From positions 101,875,144-101,920,080 of the forward strand of contig NC_068983.1 in NCBI RefSeq assembly GCF_001194135.2: a stretch of 44,937 nt of DNA, in the 5' to 3' direction. Below the pieces are notes generated by a model. That model had not been told where the DNA came from. It saw only the letters and a program-made list of their open reading frames with translations, and did not search any database. This document shows positions 1 to 11,900 of this stretch, piece after piece. A program made the translations under genes and the position numbers. How positions within the stretch are numbered: the first letter of the stretch is position 1; each line of letters opens with the position of its first letter. This DNA is from Octopus bimaculoides. Taxonomy: Eukaryota.

Positions 1-1191
1 TCTTCATACTCTTAATTGCTTTATCTACCATGGTACTGTCAACTCGGATAGCTGGTCCCTCTGTTGGGTCGGCATTCGGCAGACTCTCTTTCTCCCATTC
101 ATTCTCTTTATTGAGCAATCTTTCGTAGTGGCGTCTCCAAACCTCTTTCTTTGCAGCCTCGTTTAATGCAAGTGCACCATCATCCATGCGAAAACATTTC
201 TCTCCCACGACATCACGATTCTCTCTCACACACTGTCTTGCAACACGAAATACTTCAAGTCTTTGGTCCTCACAGCGCAGAACATTGGCAAGCTTTTTCT
301 TATCTGCTTCCCCTCTGGCTAAGTAAACCCGTCTCCTAGCTTCCCTTCTAGCAGTCTGATCCAATTCCCTGCTACCTCTGTTCTTCCAGTCCTTCCAAGC
401 TTGTTTCTTTTGTCTTATAGCCCTGTCAACCACATTGTTCCACCACCACATTGTTCCACCACCACATTGTTTCACCACCACATTACTTTGGGTCGAGAGG
501 GGACTTTACACCAGCCACAGATCTGGTTGGTGTCTTCCACGTTGTATGATGCTATATCCCCTTCTATTTCGTCAAATGCTTCAAGTAGTATGTCTCTAAA
601 TCTCTGTCCATTTGCAGGATCTTTAAGCTTCCAAACCCTTCTCCTCCAAGCCTTGATCCCGAAGTCGCTAGCTACACATCTGTGTTGAGGGGTACGTTCT
701 TTGCCAGGGAAGGTTTTGGCATTTATAAGCCGTCCCCTTTCCCTATTTCTGGTGAGGATGTAGTCGATTTGGTAGTAGGTGACTAGGTGACAGGCAGGTT
801 TCCTCAAGTTGGTGTTGCAAACCATAAGATCGTTTGCATCACAAAACTCCAGCAGTCTGGTTCCCTTCTCATTGCAGGAACTGAAGCCATAGCCTCCATG
901 AATGCCATGGAAGCCTCCTGCATGACGTCCAACATGACCATTGAAATCACCAGCCACAAAGAGAAGGTCCCTGTCATTCATCAATGAGGTAGTTTGCAGG
1001 AGGGTGTCGTAGAATTGGTGTTTCTGCCCATCCGATAGCCCCGGTTGAGGGGCATAGGCTGAGATGACGGTAGCTAACCTATGATGAAGCACTAGTCTAA
1101 TCTTAAGTACTCTGTTACATACTCTGACTACCTCGATTACCTTATCAACCCATTTCTCTGCTAGAAGTATTCCCATGCACCCGACCCCGTC
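1..1191 (-). mobile_element. RTE-clade LINE fragment: APE endonuclease (CFDP2/BCNT-like) and linker towards the RT; frameshifted
   Basis: ORF 472-1176 has VISAYAPQ, AGDFNGHVG, LEFCDANDLMVCNT and QIDYIL. Positions 1-170 read WRRHYERLLNKENEW...VDKAIKSMK. Cut by the N gap at 1192. Confidence 0.92.
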
Positions 1192-1201
1192 NNNNNNNNN
1201 N

Positions 1202-1497
1202 GTATATATATGTATATGTGTATATATATGTATATCTGTATATATATATGTATGTATATGTATATGTGTATATATATGTATATCTGTATATATATATGTA
1301 TATCTGTATATATATATGTATGTATATGTGTATATATATATATATATATCTACATATGTATATATATATATATATATGTGTGTGTGTACGTATGAATGTA
1401 TATATATGTGTATATATATGTATGAATGTATATGTACATATATGTGGATATATCTATGTATATATATATATGTGTATGTATATTATTATTATTATTC
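1202..1497. repeat. Compound (TA/TATG/TATC)n microsatellite ending in (TAT)n
   Basis: Directly visible; produces spurious YI-rich ORFs. Confidence 0.97.
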
Positions 1498-1498
1498 A

Positions 1499-1870
1499 GG
1501 TCACTGCCTGGAATAGAACTTGGAATCTTGGTGTTAGTAGCCCTTGCTCTTAACCACTATGCCATATGCCTGCGGGCAATTATGGAGTGAATTTTAGGGC
1601 TTATGGAATGGACTACATGCAGTTCTTGGTGGTTTTACTCAAAGAAGATATTTGGTGGTTTTTACTCGAAGGAGATATAATAACAATAAGAATAAGAATA
1701 ATAACAACAACATCGAAAAATACCTTAGGAATGAGAACCCAGGTTCGAAATTTCCCCAAGACACCTGATGAAGGCTGGAGGGTGTATCAGCTGAAATGTG
1801 TTAGCAACAAACAAAATGAGGACAAAATCCGTCAAAATGTAAATAATGTACATAATTCCTCATCTCTTAA
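1499..1870 (-). mobile_element. Composite non-autonomous repeat: tRNA-derived head (1499-1570, minus strand) plus a Penelope-like terminal segment with a hammerhead relic (1760-1802, plus strand)
   Basis: Minus strand reads TGGCATAGTGG (A box) ... GTTCTATTCC (B box). Plus strand has CTGATGA-stem-GAAA. Boundaries are approximate. Confidence 0.6.
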
Positions 1871-3239
1871 ATATAGAACTGTATTGTTATCTGGGTGTTT
1901 CATTGATGGTGTTTGTATTCATTTTTTTCAGATGTCATTTGACAAGGTGATATCTGTTTTATTTTTATATTATTAGGTTTGTGGAATGAGTAGGTTACTT
2001 ATGATATCAATCTTTAAAGGTACTGGTTATTAGTCCTACGTAAGACGTATTGATGTCATTGGTAAGGATGGTTTGAAGTTAATTTGCAAAAGTTTATATA
2101 GGTACTCTTCACTTCTTTTAAACTAAATTCATTTCCATAAATCACATTAAAATTCGTAAGCAGAAAAAATATGAAACAATGATGAAATGCTCATATTCCA
2201 TACCCTTTCTTTAATTACTCTCTTTCTTTCTTTTTTCTTTGTCTTTATTCATTTTTCTGCATTTCCTCACTTTATTTTTAAAATATTCATATTACCACAA
2301 CTACCATAGCCTCAGATACTAAACCATTTCTAACGCGCTTAAAATTTTTTAATAATTTCTTTCATGCATAACACCCATTCACACACACACTCATGCACGC
2401 ATACACATTTATGAACCTAGACTCTCCAACAAATTGAGGCACACTTATAGACTCCCACCTGTATATCAAATTTCTACCCACTCCCATTATCAAAGTGTCA
2501 AACCAACTAACTGAATAAAGCAAATAACACCAATGTTTGATAATCAAGTTTATCTTTCTCCTCCTCCTCCTCTTTCACAATATGCCATTGCTACTATTTA
2601 AGTATCCTAACAATTAACCTACTCTACCTATTCTGAACACTGTAAAAGAAAAATACATTTCCTTCTCAGTCCAGAGAGCCAGCAAAGCAAATCATATATT
2701 AACTGTCACCATTTGTGATATGAATTTATATATAGAAGTGTGAAAAAAACTGATATTTATTAAATGATAAGATATTGAAAAATATTTTTAAAATGTCAAA
2801 ATAGTGTTAACAATATGGGTTAGGTGAGAGATGTAGGCATTTAGATAGACATATGGAAAGATAAATAAATGAATGGATGGATAGACAGATAGATTAGGAA
2901 TTAAATTAACTAACAACTTTTTAATCTTGTTGCCAGATAAATTTTTTTAGAATTATACTGTGAGCACTTTCAAATTTAAAATCTATCATCAGAGTTGGTG
3001 TTTGCATATGCACATACATACACACATGCATATCCATTCATATGTGCATAAATATATTCACATTCATGCATGAAAATATATCAATATGCACGTGCACATG
3101 TGCATTTGCATGCATGCATATGCAAGGGTGCATGTGCAAAACAGGCGTTGAAGATTGGTGAGCATTGGGAATTGGTAGGTGTTGGGGGTTGGTTGGTAGT
3201 GGTGACCATGGTGCAGGCAGTGCAAAGTAGCAGCTGGTG

Positions 3240-4835
3240 CTAAGGTGGTATATCTGAGTTGGCAGTCAGAGGCCTGAAATTTGCCATAAGGGCATATCTC
3301 TGGTGACAGCAATATGATAAGTCGTATTTCTTGTTGATGGATACTGCAAGTTGTTGGAGGATATGCAGTTTTTCGCAGAGGCAGAGCTGGCAGTTGGGGG
3401 CACTAGGTGAATATGGTGGTGCTCTGTCAACGATAGTCCACTTGATGCTGGGTATTTTATCTTGAAGATCACAGAGTCTCCAGAAAAAACAAGACAGGGA
3501 AGTATAGTTCTCTCTATCCCTAGATCTGAACAAGTGCATTTGCTGGGAGTATCTTCCCTTGAAGTCATTAGCTGTCATACCCGTATAGTGCCTAGTAATG
3601 CCATCAGATGATGTTAGGATGGCTCTGTTTACTACGGCCCTTAAGAGACAAGATACTTCTAGAGGGCATGTGGTGGGTTTCAACAGTTGCAGGTTGAGGT
3701 TAGAGGTGGTGTGATGCATTTTTATGTCTGTTGATGTGTGCAGTGTTAGATATGATGTTGTCTAAGCAGGAATAGCTCATCTTGACATTATGGGGGTTGA
3801 AGAGTTTGTAATAGTTATGGCCTCTGACAGGAAGCCCCAAGCTACATTGGTGGAAACTTCTAGGTTGAAACGGGGGTTATACCATATAAATCTTCTTCTC
3901 CTAATCCTTTTGGGGTGAGGAGAGGGTGCTTGGGACTTGTCCACATACATGAACTTCTTAGTAAACCCTCTCTTAGCCAAAGCATCATTGTAGTGGAGGG
4001 GGGTCCTGTTAAAGATCTCTCTATTGACCCAGAGATTAGATAGTCATTTACTAATGCCTGGAACCAGGTTTCTAATTACAGCAGGTTTGAGCTCTTGTAG
4101 ATGTATACTGTATCCTTGTTAGGCTTCCTGTACAGGTGATACTTTCCCGTACTGAGGTTTAAGGTTACAGTCAAGAAATCAACTATAGTCAGGTTGGTAG
4201 TAGTAACCATTATGGACAGGCCGAACTCCTTAAATATTTTTATCAAGTCCTTGCTGAACCTGTCCATGGTGTGCTGTTCATATGGCTTGAGATATCCAGG
4301 CTGTTGTCCCTGTAGAGGGCCGACCTATGTGGGTATCCAAGATGTATAAGCTGATGAGGTTGGTGATTTCAGGCTTGTCAAAGCTCTCCACAAAGATGTC
4401 AATCAATGAGTCACCTTCTTTTTTCATCCAGAAGGAATTGTCGTGGGCCAGAATTGACTTTCTGGCATTCATGATAATTCTGATGTCAAGGTCACTAATG
4501 CTGGTGTATTGCTCTGCAAAAATTAAGGCTTTCAGAAGGAGGGGCTTAGAAGGGTAGAAGTTGACAGTGTTGAACTGGGTGAATCTACCGGCTGATTTAT
4601 TCTTGATACTGTGGAACCAGTTGACCACGGCTGTACTGGAGTTCCATTGAGCCAACCCTGTAGCTCTTGTGATATTGGCGTTGTTTGTGTTGAGAATACA
4701 TTTGCTAATACCAATCTCACTTTTAGAGGGGTTGATCAGCCTGCATTTGGGATGGGATAGGAGTGGAAGTTAGGCTTATGGTTCTTAAGTGTAATATGGT
4801 AGGGTCACATGGCGAGGCAGTCCACACGATCCTCT
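3240..4835 (-). mobile_element. Penelope-like retroelement (RT + C-terminal GIY-YIG endonuclease), pseudogenised
   Basis: Collinear frameshifted pieces: FITLKNHKPNF..CRLINPSKSEIG, QWNSSTAVVNWF, FNTVNFYPS, SFDKPEITNLISLYIL, LYRDN (YRDD motif, 4303-4314), IFKEFGL..VDFLTVTLNL..YRKPN, RRFIWYNPRF, CPLEVSCL..RHYTGMTANDFKGRY, CQLCLCEKLHIL. Confidence 0.92.
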
Positions 4836-5934
4836 ATATTAAGGCAGGTGGAAAAAACTCCTTTGCTTCTGTATTTATGTCAATGTATATGAAATTATGC
4901 ATGTTCATCCAAGCATGTGTATGTGTGCAGACATGCATGTGCATGCCCATGTACAGTTGCATACATTTGCACACAAAACTATATGAGTGCATCTGCATAC
5001 CCACATACAGAACTATATATTTGCACATACCACCCATTCTTACTTCCCCACAACAACTGACTTCTAGTCTATTTCCTGTCCTCCATGTGGTTAATTTCCT
5101 GTTTGCCATGCAGCATTTTCCAACTAACTGTTACCCATGTACCAACATCAAACCACGACACCGTGTGACCTTCCTTGACCAAACACAGCCCACCATACAG
5201 TAATAACAATCAACTTCTACCATTCAAATTCAAAATGGCTGATGATTAGCATTGCGCTTGAAACTCAAAAGTACCAACAAATTTGTATCAAACTGTTTTG
5301 ATCCATATATGCGCACTCTTCTACTATCTCTCTCCTCTTGTTCTTCATCCTTTCTGTTTTTCTCTCCCACCCTTTCTATATTCTTCTTCTCTCCCTTGCA
5401 CCGTTCCCTCTCTCTTTCACTCCTCCTCTTCCTCCTTGACCCTCTTGTTGCTGACAGGTGATGAAAGGGGTTCTTTCTTTCTGCTCACTGGTCTTCCTAA
5501 AGAACAAACATGAATTTTTTTGTCTCTTCTACTTAGCATTCATAATAATTTTTCTCTCATCTTGGCCCAACAGCCCTCACCGTTTGTTTTTACTGTCATG
5601 TTTTTACTTGTTTTACTGTATTATTTTTACTGTCTTCTTCTCACTGTCCTGTTCTTGTTAACACTTTCACCCTCCGCAAAAAATTCCAAATTTTATTTAA
5701 TTTGCTTTGTGGGAAGGACTGTTCCAACAAAGTCACGTATTGTCCTTGCCTTCAAAACACAGAGTAGATGGGCAGGGACAACTGACGAAGGGATATACTC
5801 TTTATGTTGCATGTCTCGTTTCTCTTTGTTTTTTTTCGTTGTTCGAAAAAAATTCGTTTTCTGTTTTTGTTTTTATGTTTTCGTTTTTCATTTCTCATTG
5901 TGTTTAACATTTTTTTGATGCCTTGTACCCATAT

Positions 5935-6070
5935 ATGCATGTATGTATACATATAGATGTAAGTATGTATATATATGTATGGATATATGCATATATCTAT
6001 ATCTATCTATCTATCTATCTATCTATATATATATATATATATATATCATCATCATCATCATCATCATCAG
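5935..6070. repeat. (TATG)/(TATC)n/(TA)n/(CAT)n compound microsatellite
   Basis: Directly visible. Confidence 0.95.
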
Positions 6071-6360
6071 CCTTCCATGCTGACATGGGTTGAACAACTT
6101 GACATGGAGCTGGCAAGCAGGGAGCTGTCCAAACTCCAACTGTCTGTTGTGGCATGGCTTCTATGGCTGGATGGCCTTCCTAATGCCAACCACTTAACAG
6201 AGTGTGCAGGGTACTTTTTACCTGCCACCAGCATGGAAATATTAATATATTGTACAATATCTTTAAGGCCTTCAAAAGAAGGGGCTTCAGAAGGATGTGA
6301 TTTGAAAACAGATTTGGTTTGCTATTTCTAGCAGATTAAGTGACCCTGTAAAAGCTTCTC
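6047..6360 (-). mobile_element. 3' end of an RTE-type LINE or LINE-derived repeat with a (GAT)n tail
   Basis: (CAT)n followed by ccttccatgctgacatgggttg. Related to the opposite-orientation copy at 36148-36243 (caacccatgctagcatggaaagc..(GAT)n) and to 7080-7250. Confidence 0.65.
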
Positions 6361-6662
6361 TGTTGGTTTGACAGAAGATAAGTTTTGGAGAAAGTGTCAC
6401 TACATTTGATACATTAAGTCTAATGCCTGTTTTTGCATTTAAATTATATTAGGGTTCAACTTGACTTTCTTTCCTTTGTTGATAAAATAAGTTTCAGTAA
6501 TACATGTGTTGATTTAATCAATGATACTTCATTATTCAGAAACCCTAGCATCTAGGTTAAAAATTAATTAAAAAAAAAAAAAGATTATAGAAAATTATCT
6601 AGAATGTTTCTCCTTGATTTGAAATGAGTTCAACTCCAGTGAGGGATTGGTAAAATAAATAC

Positions 6663-7870
6663 CTGCAATATACTGATAGGAGTTATCTGGTTCATATGAT
6701 AGCCTCTACACCAGATTAGAAAATGAAAAATGAGAGGCACCAAAATCTACAGGAAGAACTTAACTGATTAAAAGGCATTTACTGCAATTAAGAGAAAAGT
6801 TATGGAAATATTTGTGAAAGCAGATTGTAAACAAATATATTTATTAATGATAAGTATATCTAGCTGATTGTGAATTAAAACTTTCTTGATATACCTTTAT
6901 CATTTTGGATTCAGTAAACTATCATAACTCTTGTTTTTATAGAGATATGATTACATATACTACTAGAGGCAAGAGTGTAGTGCTTCAGTGAATGATACAC
7001 ACTTATTGTAAATATAGAAAAATGTTTAGATTGTATGTTAGTAGTATTAGAATCATTCAATTTCTTACAATGAAATGCATTCATCATCATCATTGTCATT
7101 GTTTTAACGTCCACTTTTCCATGTTGCATAGGTCAGATAAAATTGCTAGATTTCCTATGGCCAGATGTCCTTCCTGTTAATTGTTTATGAACAAGATATT
7201 TCCTGATGGCCAGACATGTTTTTGTGAAAGATCTTAAATGAAGAACATCACTTCTATGATGGTGAAGCATGTTTTACAACTACAGCACTATGTCAAGATT
7301 AGGACACACACACACACATACGCAATTGGCGTCTTTCAGTTTCTGCTTACCAAATTTACTCACTACCAAATTTGGATGGCCCCAGGCTTATTTTAGAGGA
7401 CACTTTGCCAAGGTGCCATGTAGTGGGCTTCAAGATATTCTTTACTGATCAAAAAATGTTAAGTTGATGATTACATTATATTGCTGCTGTAATAATCTTT
7501 AACTATCAATCTCAATTTTGGGGCATGCATTTGCAAACTATTTATTCACACTATGTCCTCTATCAAAATGTATGGCTTTATGCCAGTGTTAGAAATCAAT
7601 ATTTACATCAATGCTATGACATTAAGTGCACATCAACATACAAATACTGTAAGCATCCTCTGCATTACAGTTACCTGATATTAGAGCATTTTGTGCTGAT
7701 GGAAATTGTAAAATATGACTGCTAATTTCTGGATACAGTCTGTTATTTCCCTCTTGCAGGAATATGCATAAATTTTAAGAATTTAAAAACTACTTTCTCC
7801 TTGGTTTAAAGGCCACTTCTCATTGTTTCAGCTTAGATCAAAGTAGTTGAATATTTGAAAACCTATAATC

Positions 7871-7937
<67 letters not shown>

Positions 7938-8218
7938 ATGCAAGTGCTTGTGTGAGCATCACTATAAGCATTATGGAGTGTGACGTGGAATATTTCATTG
8001 AGAACATTTATATGTACATTTGTGTATATATCATTGGGTCACAATGAGTATCTATGTATCTAACTCACTATCTGAATCCACCTTCCTCACCACCACTATC
8101 ATCAATACCAACAGAACAACTGTCAATACTAGAACCAATGCAGTCTCTGTCATTACTTACCCACCATTCCTTCATTGTAACAACGTTACAATGGTGTGAA
8201 CAAGATAAGCAATTCCAA
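6663..8218 (-). CDS. Candidate second spliced gene: exons 8161-8218 and 6663-6746, joining to ...MKEWW|ILVPLIFHFLIWCRGYHMNQITPISILQ (unknown product)
   Basis: Good splice signals (cttttattttag|...TGG|gtaagt and ttcttcctgtag|...CAG|gtattt). The junction is in frame and the peptide looks like a signal peptide. No homology recognised and no downstream exon found. Confidence 0.35.
7080..7250 (-). mobile_element. Degraded RTE-type 3' end fragment
   Basis: (CAT)n..tttaacgtccacttttccatg matches the reverse complement of the tail region at 36200-36243. Confidence 0.55.
7872..7937. repeat. (TA)n(TG)n microsatellite
   Basis: Directly visible. Confidence 0.97.
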
Positions 8219-8799
8219 CTAAAATAAAAGACAATTACATGAGGTAAAGTGGTACCCAAGTGTATTTCGGAAATGCTTTTGATCTTTGGTCAATAAGGAT
8301 TGACTTGTGACAATACAATTAACAAGGACAATATCAAAAATACCACCCACCATCATCTTTACCACTATCACCACTTTCACCAACAATATTTAAAACTAAT
8401 ACAATAAACACCACCACCAATTCATCAACTTTTGAATAATCTACAGGCAACAACAACAATAATATTAGCATGATAGAAATGTCTGTAGCTATATATGTTG
8501 TATGTCAACACAACAGAGTGAGTAGAGTGTAGAGTTTTTATTGTTTAAGTCAGAAGTGCAAGGAGTGAAGTGTTTGTGAACTTGGCAACCCTTCAACTAC
8601 CTGGAATTATACAGTATTTGCTCCCACCTCATGCCCTTACCTTTTCATCTCATTTCCATTATTATATCCATACGATTAAAACAACAGTATTTTTCTCTTA
8701 CAAAACAGTTCTTTTCCAACACCATTTCGTTTACTACATATGTATTGTGGATTAGTGTTGATTGCTGCTGCAATTTAAAAAGACTGGAAAACAGAAGGC

Positions 8800-9860
8800 A
8801 GTAGTGTAGTGTAAAAGGGAACAATGAAAGGATTACACTGTATACTAAACTTGATTTGGGAGAAAAAAATTACCAACATTGCCAAAATACTAAAGCTTGC
8901 AACAATATGTAATAATAGAGAAAAAAATTAAGTGCTCAAGAAATTACTTTGTTAACAATTCAGACCTTATTTTTTCATAGAGCTAAGGTGATTGTACTGC
9001 TAAACATGGTGGTGATTAAAAAAAAAAGAAAAAGCCAAAAATTTATATATGGATTTGCAAAAAGAGGAAGAGGAAACTTCTAATGAAAAACTTATCCTGG
9101 CTAAGAAAGGCAAGTTTGAAACTTTTAAGCTCTTGCATTTGCACAACATAAATATAAATGGTGACACTGCCAGTGCTGATACAGAGGCTGCTACTAATTA
9201 TCCTGAGCAGTTGAAAAATATGATTGCTAAGAGTAGCTACACACCAGAGCAAGTATACAATGTTTGTGAAATTGCATTTTTCTGAAACACCAAGATTTAA
9301 TTAATGCATCCACAGTCATCTGGGGCTTCTTCTTGGAGGAAATGCTACTGGTGATACAAAATTAAAGCGCCTACTCATATTTCTGGAGATCCATGGGCTT
9401 TCAAGAATCATAGGAAGTTTCATTTATTCTTGATTTGCTGCTCAAATAAGAAGGCATGGATGATTGAGAGCCATTTTCAAGAGTGGCTTATAAACATTTT
9501 TAGCTTGCTATAGAAAAGTAGAATGTACAATATAATATTTCTAACAAAATATTCCTATTTTCTTTTTTGACAATGCATCAAGCCACCCAGTAAACTTAAA
9601 TGAGCTTTCTGATAATATGATAGTAAAATACATCCCCCAAAATACATCTCTGCTATGGCCAAATAGATCAAGATGTGGTAACTAACTTCAAGGCACATTA
9701 TCTGAGAAAAACTTTCAAAGGGAGGTTAAACCTATAGTTAGAGACTTTTGGATCAAGTTCAACAGAATGGATGCTGTAGATGTCTTGAAATGCTGTGAAA
9801 CTCTTAACTTTGAATAGTACTTCTAAAAACATATGGTGAGACTGCATCTGTGATTTTATA
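8800..9860 (+). mobile_element. Tigger/pogo (CENP-B-like DDE_1) transposase relic
   Basis: NININGDTASADTEAATNYPEQLKNMIAKSSYTPEQVYN (9049-9285), AWM, FDNASSHP (about 9566-9589) and PQNTSLL..DQDVVTNFKAHYL, with many stops and frameshifts. Ends are approximate. Confidence 0.85.
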
Positions 9861-10199
9861 ACAAGTATTCACCAAATATATATTTCATATAAAATATTCC
9901 AATTATATCAATATATGACTGAATTTTTATTGTTCTTATCGATTTTAAGTATTTTCATTAAATTTCTTTAAAAATTTATCATAAATCAGTAATGATACAA
10001 GAGAATGAAAAAATTTTCAAATCAAGTAATTTTTATTAATTATACTTCTTAATTTTATTTTAGGAATTTACATAATGGAAGTTGATAACTTAGTAATTGC
10101 ATGAAAAAGTCAATGATTTAACAAATTTCCCAGTCCCAGTTGCAGACCATTTATTATGTGTTCCTGGCATTGAAATATAGTCTACTTTTGCTATACTCT

Positions 10200-10571
10200 A
10201 GATTTTACACAGGGGTTTGAGCATTTGTGATTTCATCCAACAACAAAGTAAATGTCATCTGCAAATCTGCAAAATCTAGATCAATCACTGGCACCAAGTT
10301 AATCTCTTGAAATGGTCAAGCCTAGATCCTCATGTATATTCCAGAACAACTATGAATAAATATGAAGGGTACCATTGTATCACTTTTCAAGACTGCAGCC
10401 AACTACTTAAACACTCCAGTTTCACCTTCTGGTGATGATAGCACATGTCAGAGCGTTGGGGTACATAGCCTCCATGATTGAAGGGTATGTGGCAAGATTC
10501 CATATGCCTTCAAGATCTTGATTATTTTTCACCAATGAATTGAACTAAATCCTTTTTTGGTGTCAATAAAT

Positions 10572-10609
<38 letters not shown>

Positions 10610-11460
10610 TGCTTTTCATTGCTATTCTTCTTCTTCAAAGAAAACAATTCTGATTGTATCTTAGCTGAAGAGTATATGGCTGTCTTTATCTTTAACTTCC
10701 TAATTGTAGTAGAGCTTTGCTGAGATATAAGTTAGACTGATACAATGGGAGTTGTAAGTCACATTTAGAAGCAGAGATTATATTCAAAAAGAAATGTTGC
10801 AGCTTGTCACTTTTCACCAACTCTGTAGTTCTTGAGTACCTTGGATAAAACCCTGTCAAGTCCAGCATTCTTTGTTTGAGAGAGCTCCTGATTCTCTATT
10901 GTGAACATACTATTATCGATGTAAATACCAGTAAAGATGGTAGAGATGTCTCTAACCTCATGGAAGATCCTGCAGTAGATTATTAAGGTGCATAAATTAT
11001 ATTTGCACCTGGTTTACAAAGCACTTATCATTAATTTTGACTCTCTCAGTCATTCATTTCATTAATAAGACAGCATCCTTCACTATGCTTTTCTCTTTGT
11101 TGGCTTCTTCTAACTTGCTGATCCACTTAGGACAAAGTTGTCTAGACCCAATGGTGCCAGAAGTATTGCATTTTTCACTTTGTGGGGTTTTGTTCCATCT
11201 GTATGTCCTTCAAAGTTAATAACTGGGACCATTGCTTCTCACAAGAATTCTGTAGTTATTGGGGTTTATACACTCATCTGTTCTTACAACACTAAGAATA
11301 ATAATTTTAGGTTCTCAGTAGTAGTCTCTTTCTTGAAAGAAACTGGAGAAACTCCAGTAGCTATTATACCACATGATTACAGAGTTGATAGTCTTGAGCA
11401 AAGGGACCCTAAATTCGACATCTTGAGCACACTGTATTCATAGACACTTTAACATGAATT
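10200..11460 (-). mobile_element. Degraded LINE (RTE/RTE-X-like) with EN and RT remnants and internal deletions; (GA)n inserted at about 10575-10607
   Basis: Minus-strand remnants DLDFAD..DITLLLDE (RT FADD motif, about 10230-10280), IDTKKGFSSIHW (IDFKKAFDSI-like, about 10535-10567) and KNAGLD (about 10850-10880). Confidence 0.75.
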
Positions 11461-11764
11461 AAAAAAATTTCATCTTCAGTTTATTCATGATTATTCTTGG
11501 TTCTCACTGATATATTTTAATGGCCTCACAAGTGCAAGAGAAACTTATTACACTTTAAAGATATACCATCACTTATATCATTTAGTTAGAGACTTTGTCT
11601 TTCCTTGTAACTTGCTGGTATGTTTTAGACAATGTTTTTATTTCATTCTTTGACAGTGAACTATTGAATAAAATAAGTAGGATTTAATCCAGCATCAGAT
11701 TTATGTTTATTGACCAGAGATCATTACCATACTCTCTATTTTCTGCATTACTGAACAATTTTTA

Positions 11765-11900
11765 ATGGTGGCAAATTGGCAGAATTACTTGAGTGCCTGA
11801 CAAAATATCTAGCAGTATTTGTTTTGAGTTCATGAGTTCAAATGCTGCCAAGGTTTGCTTTACCTTTAATCCTTCCAAGATCAATAAAATAAGGTACCGG
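11765..11900 (+). mobile_element. tRNA-derived SINE (partial)
   Basis: tggcagaatt..gagttcaaatgctgcc..ctttacctttaatcctt..aataaaataaggtacc. Same family as 23851-24300 and 27924-28136. Confidence 0.75.

Noticed and set aside
1499-1570. tRNA-like A and B boxes (also about 12290-12350, 19655-19720, 43070-43130)
   Set aside because: No complete cloverleaf; these are SINE heads, not tRNA genes.
5200-5920. Several hydrophobic F/L/S-rich ORFs
   Set aside because: Translations of CT- and T-rich low-complexity DNA with no recognisable domain.
7675-7739. Possible minus-strand exon (LYPEISSHILQFPSAQNALIS)
   Set aside because: The acceptor is purine-rich and weak, and its phases are incompatible with the 8161-8218 and 6663-6746 candidates.
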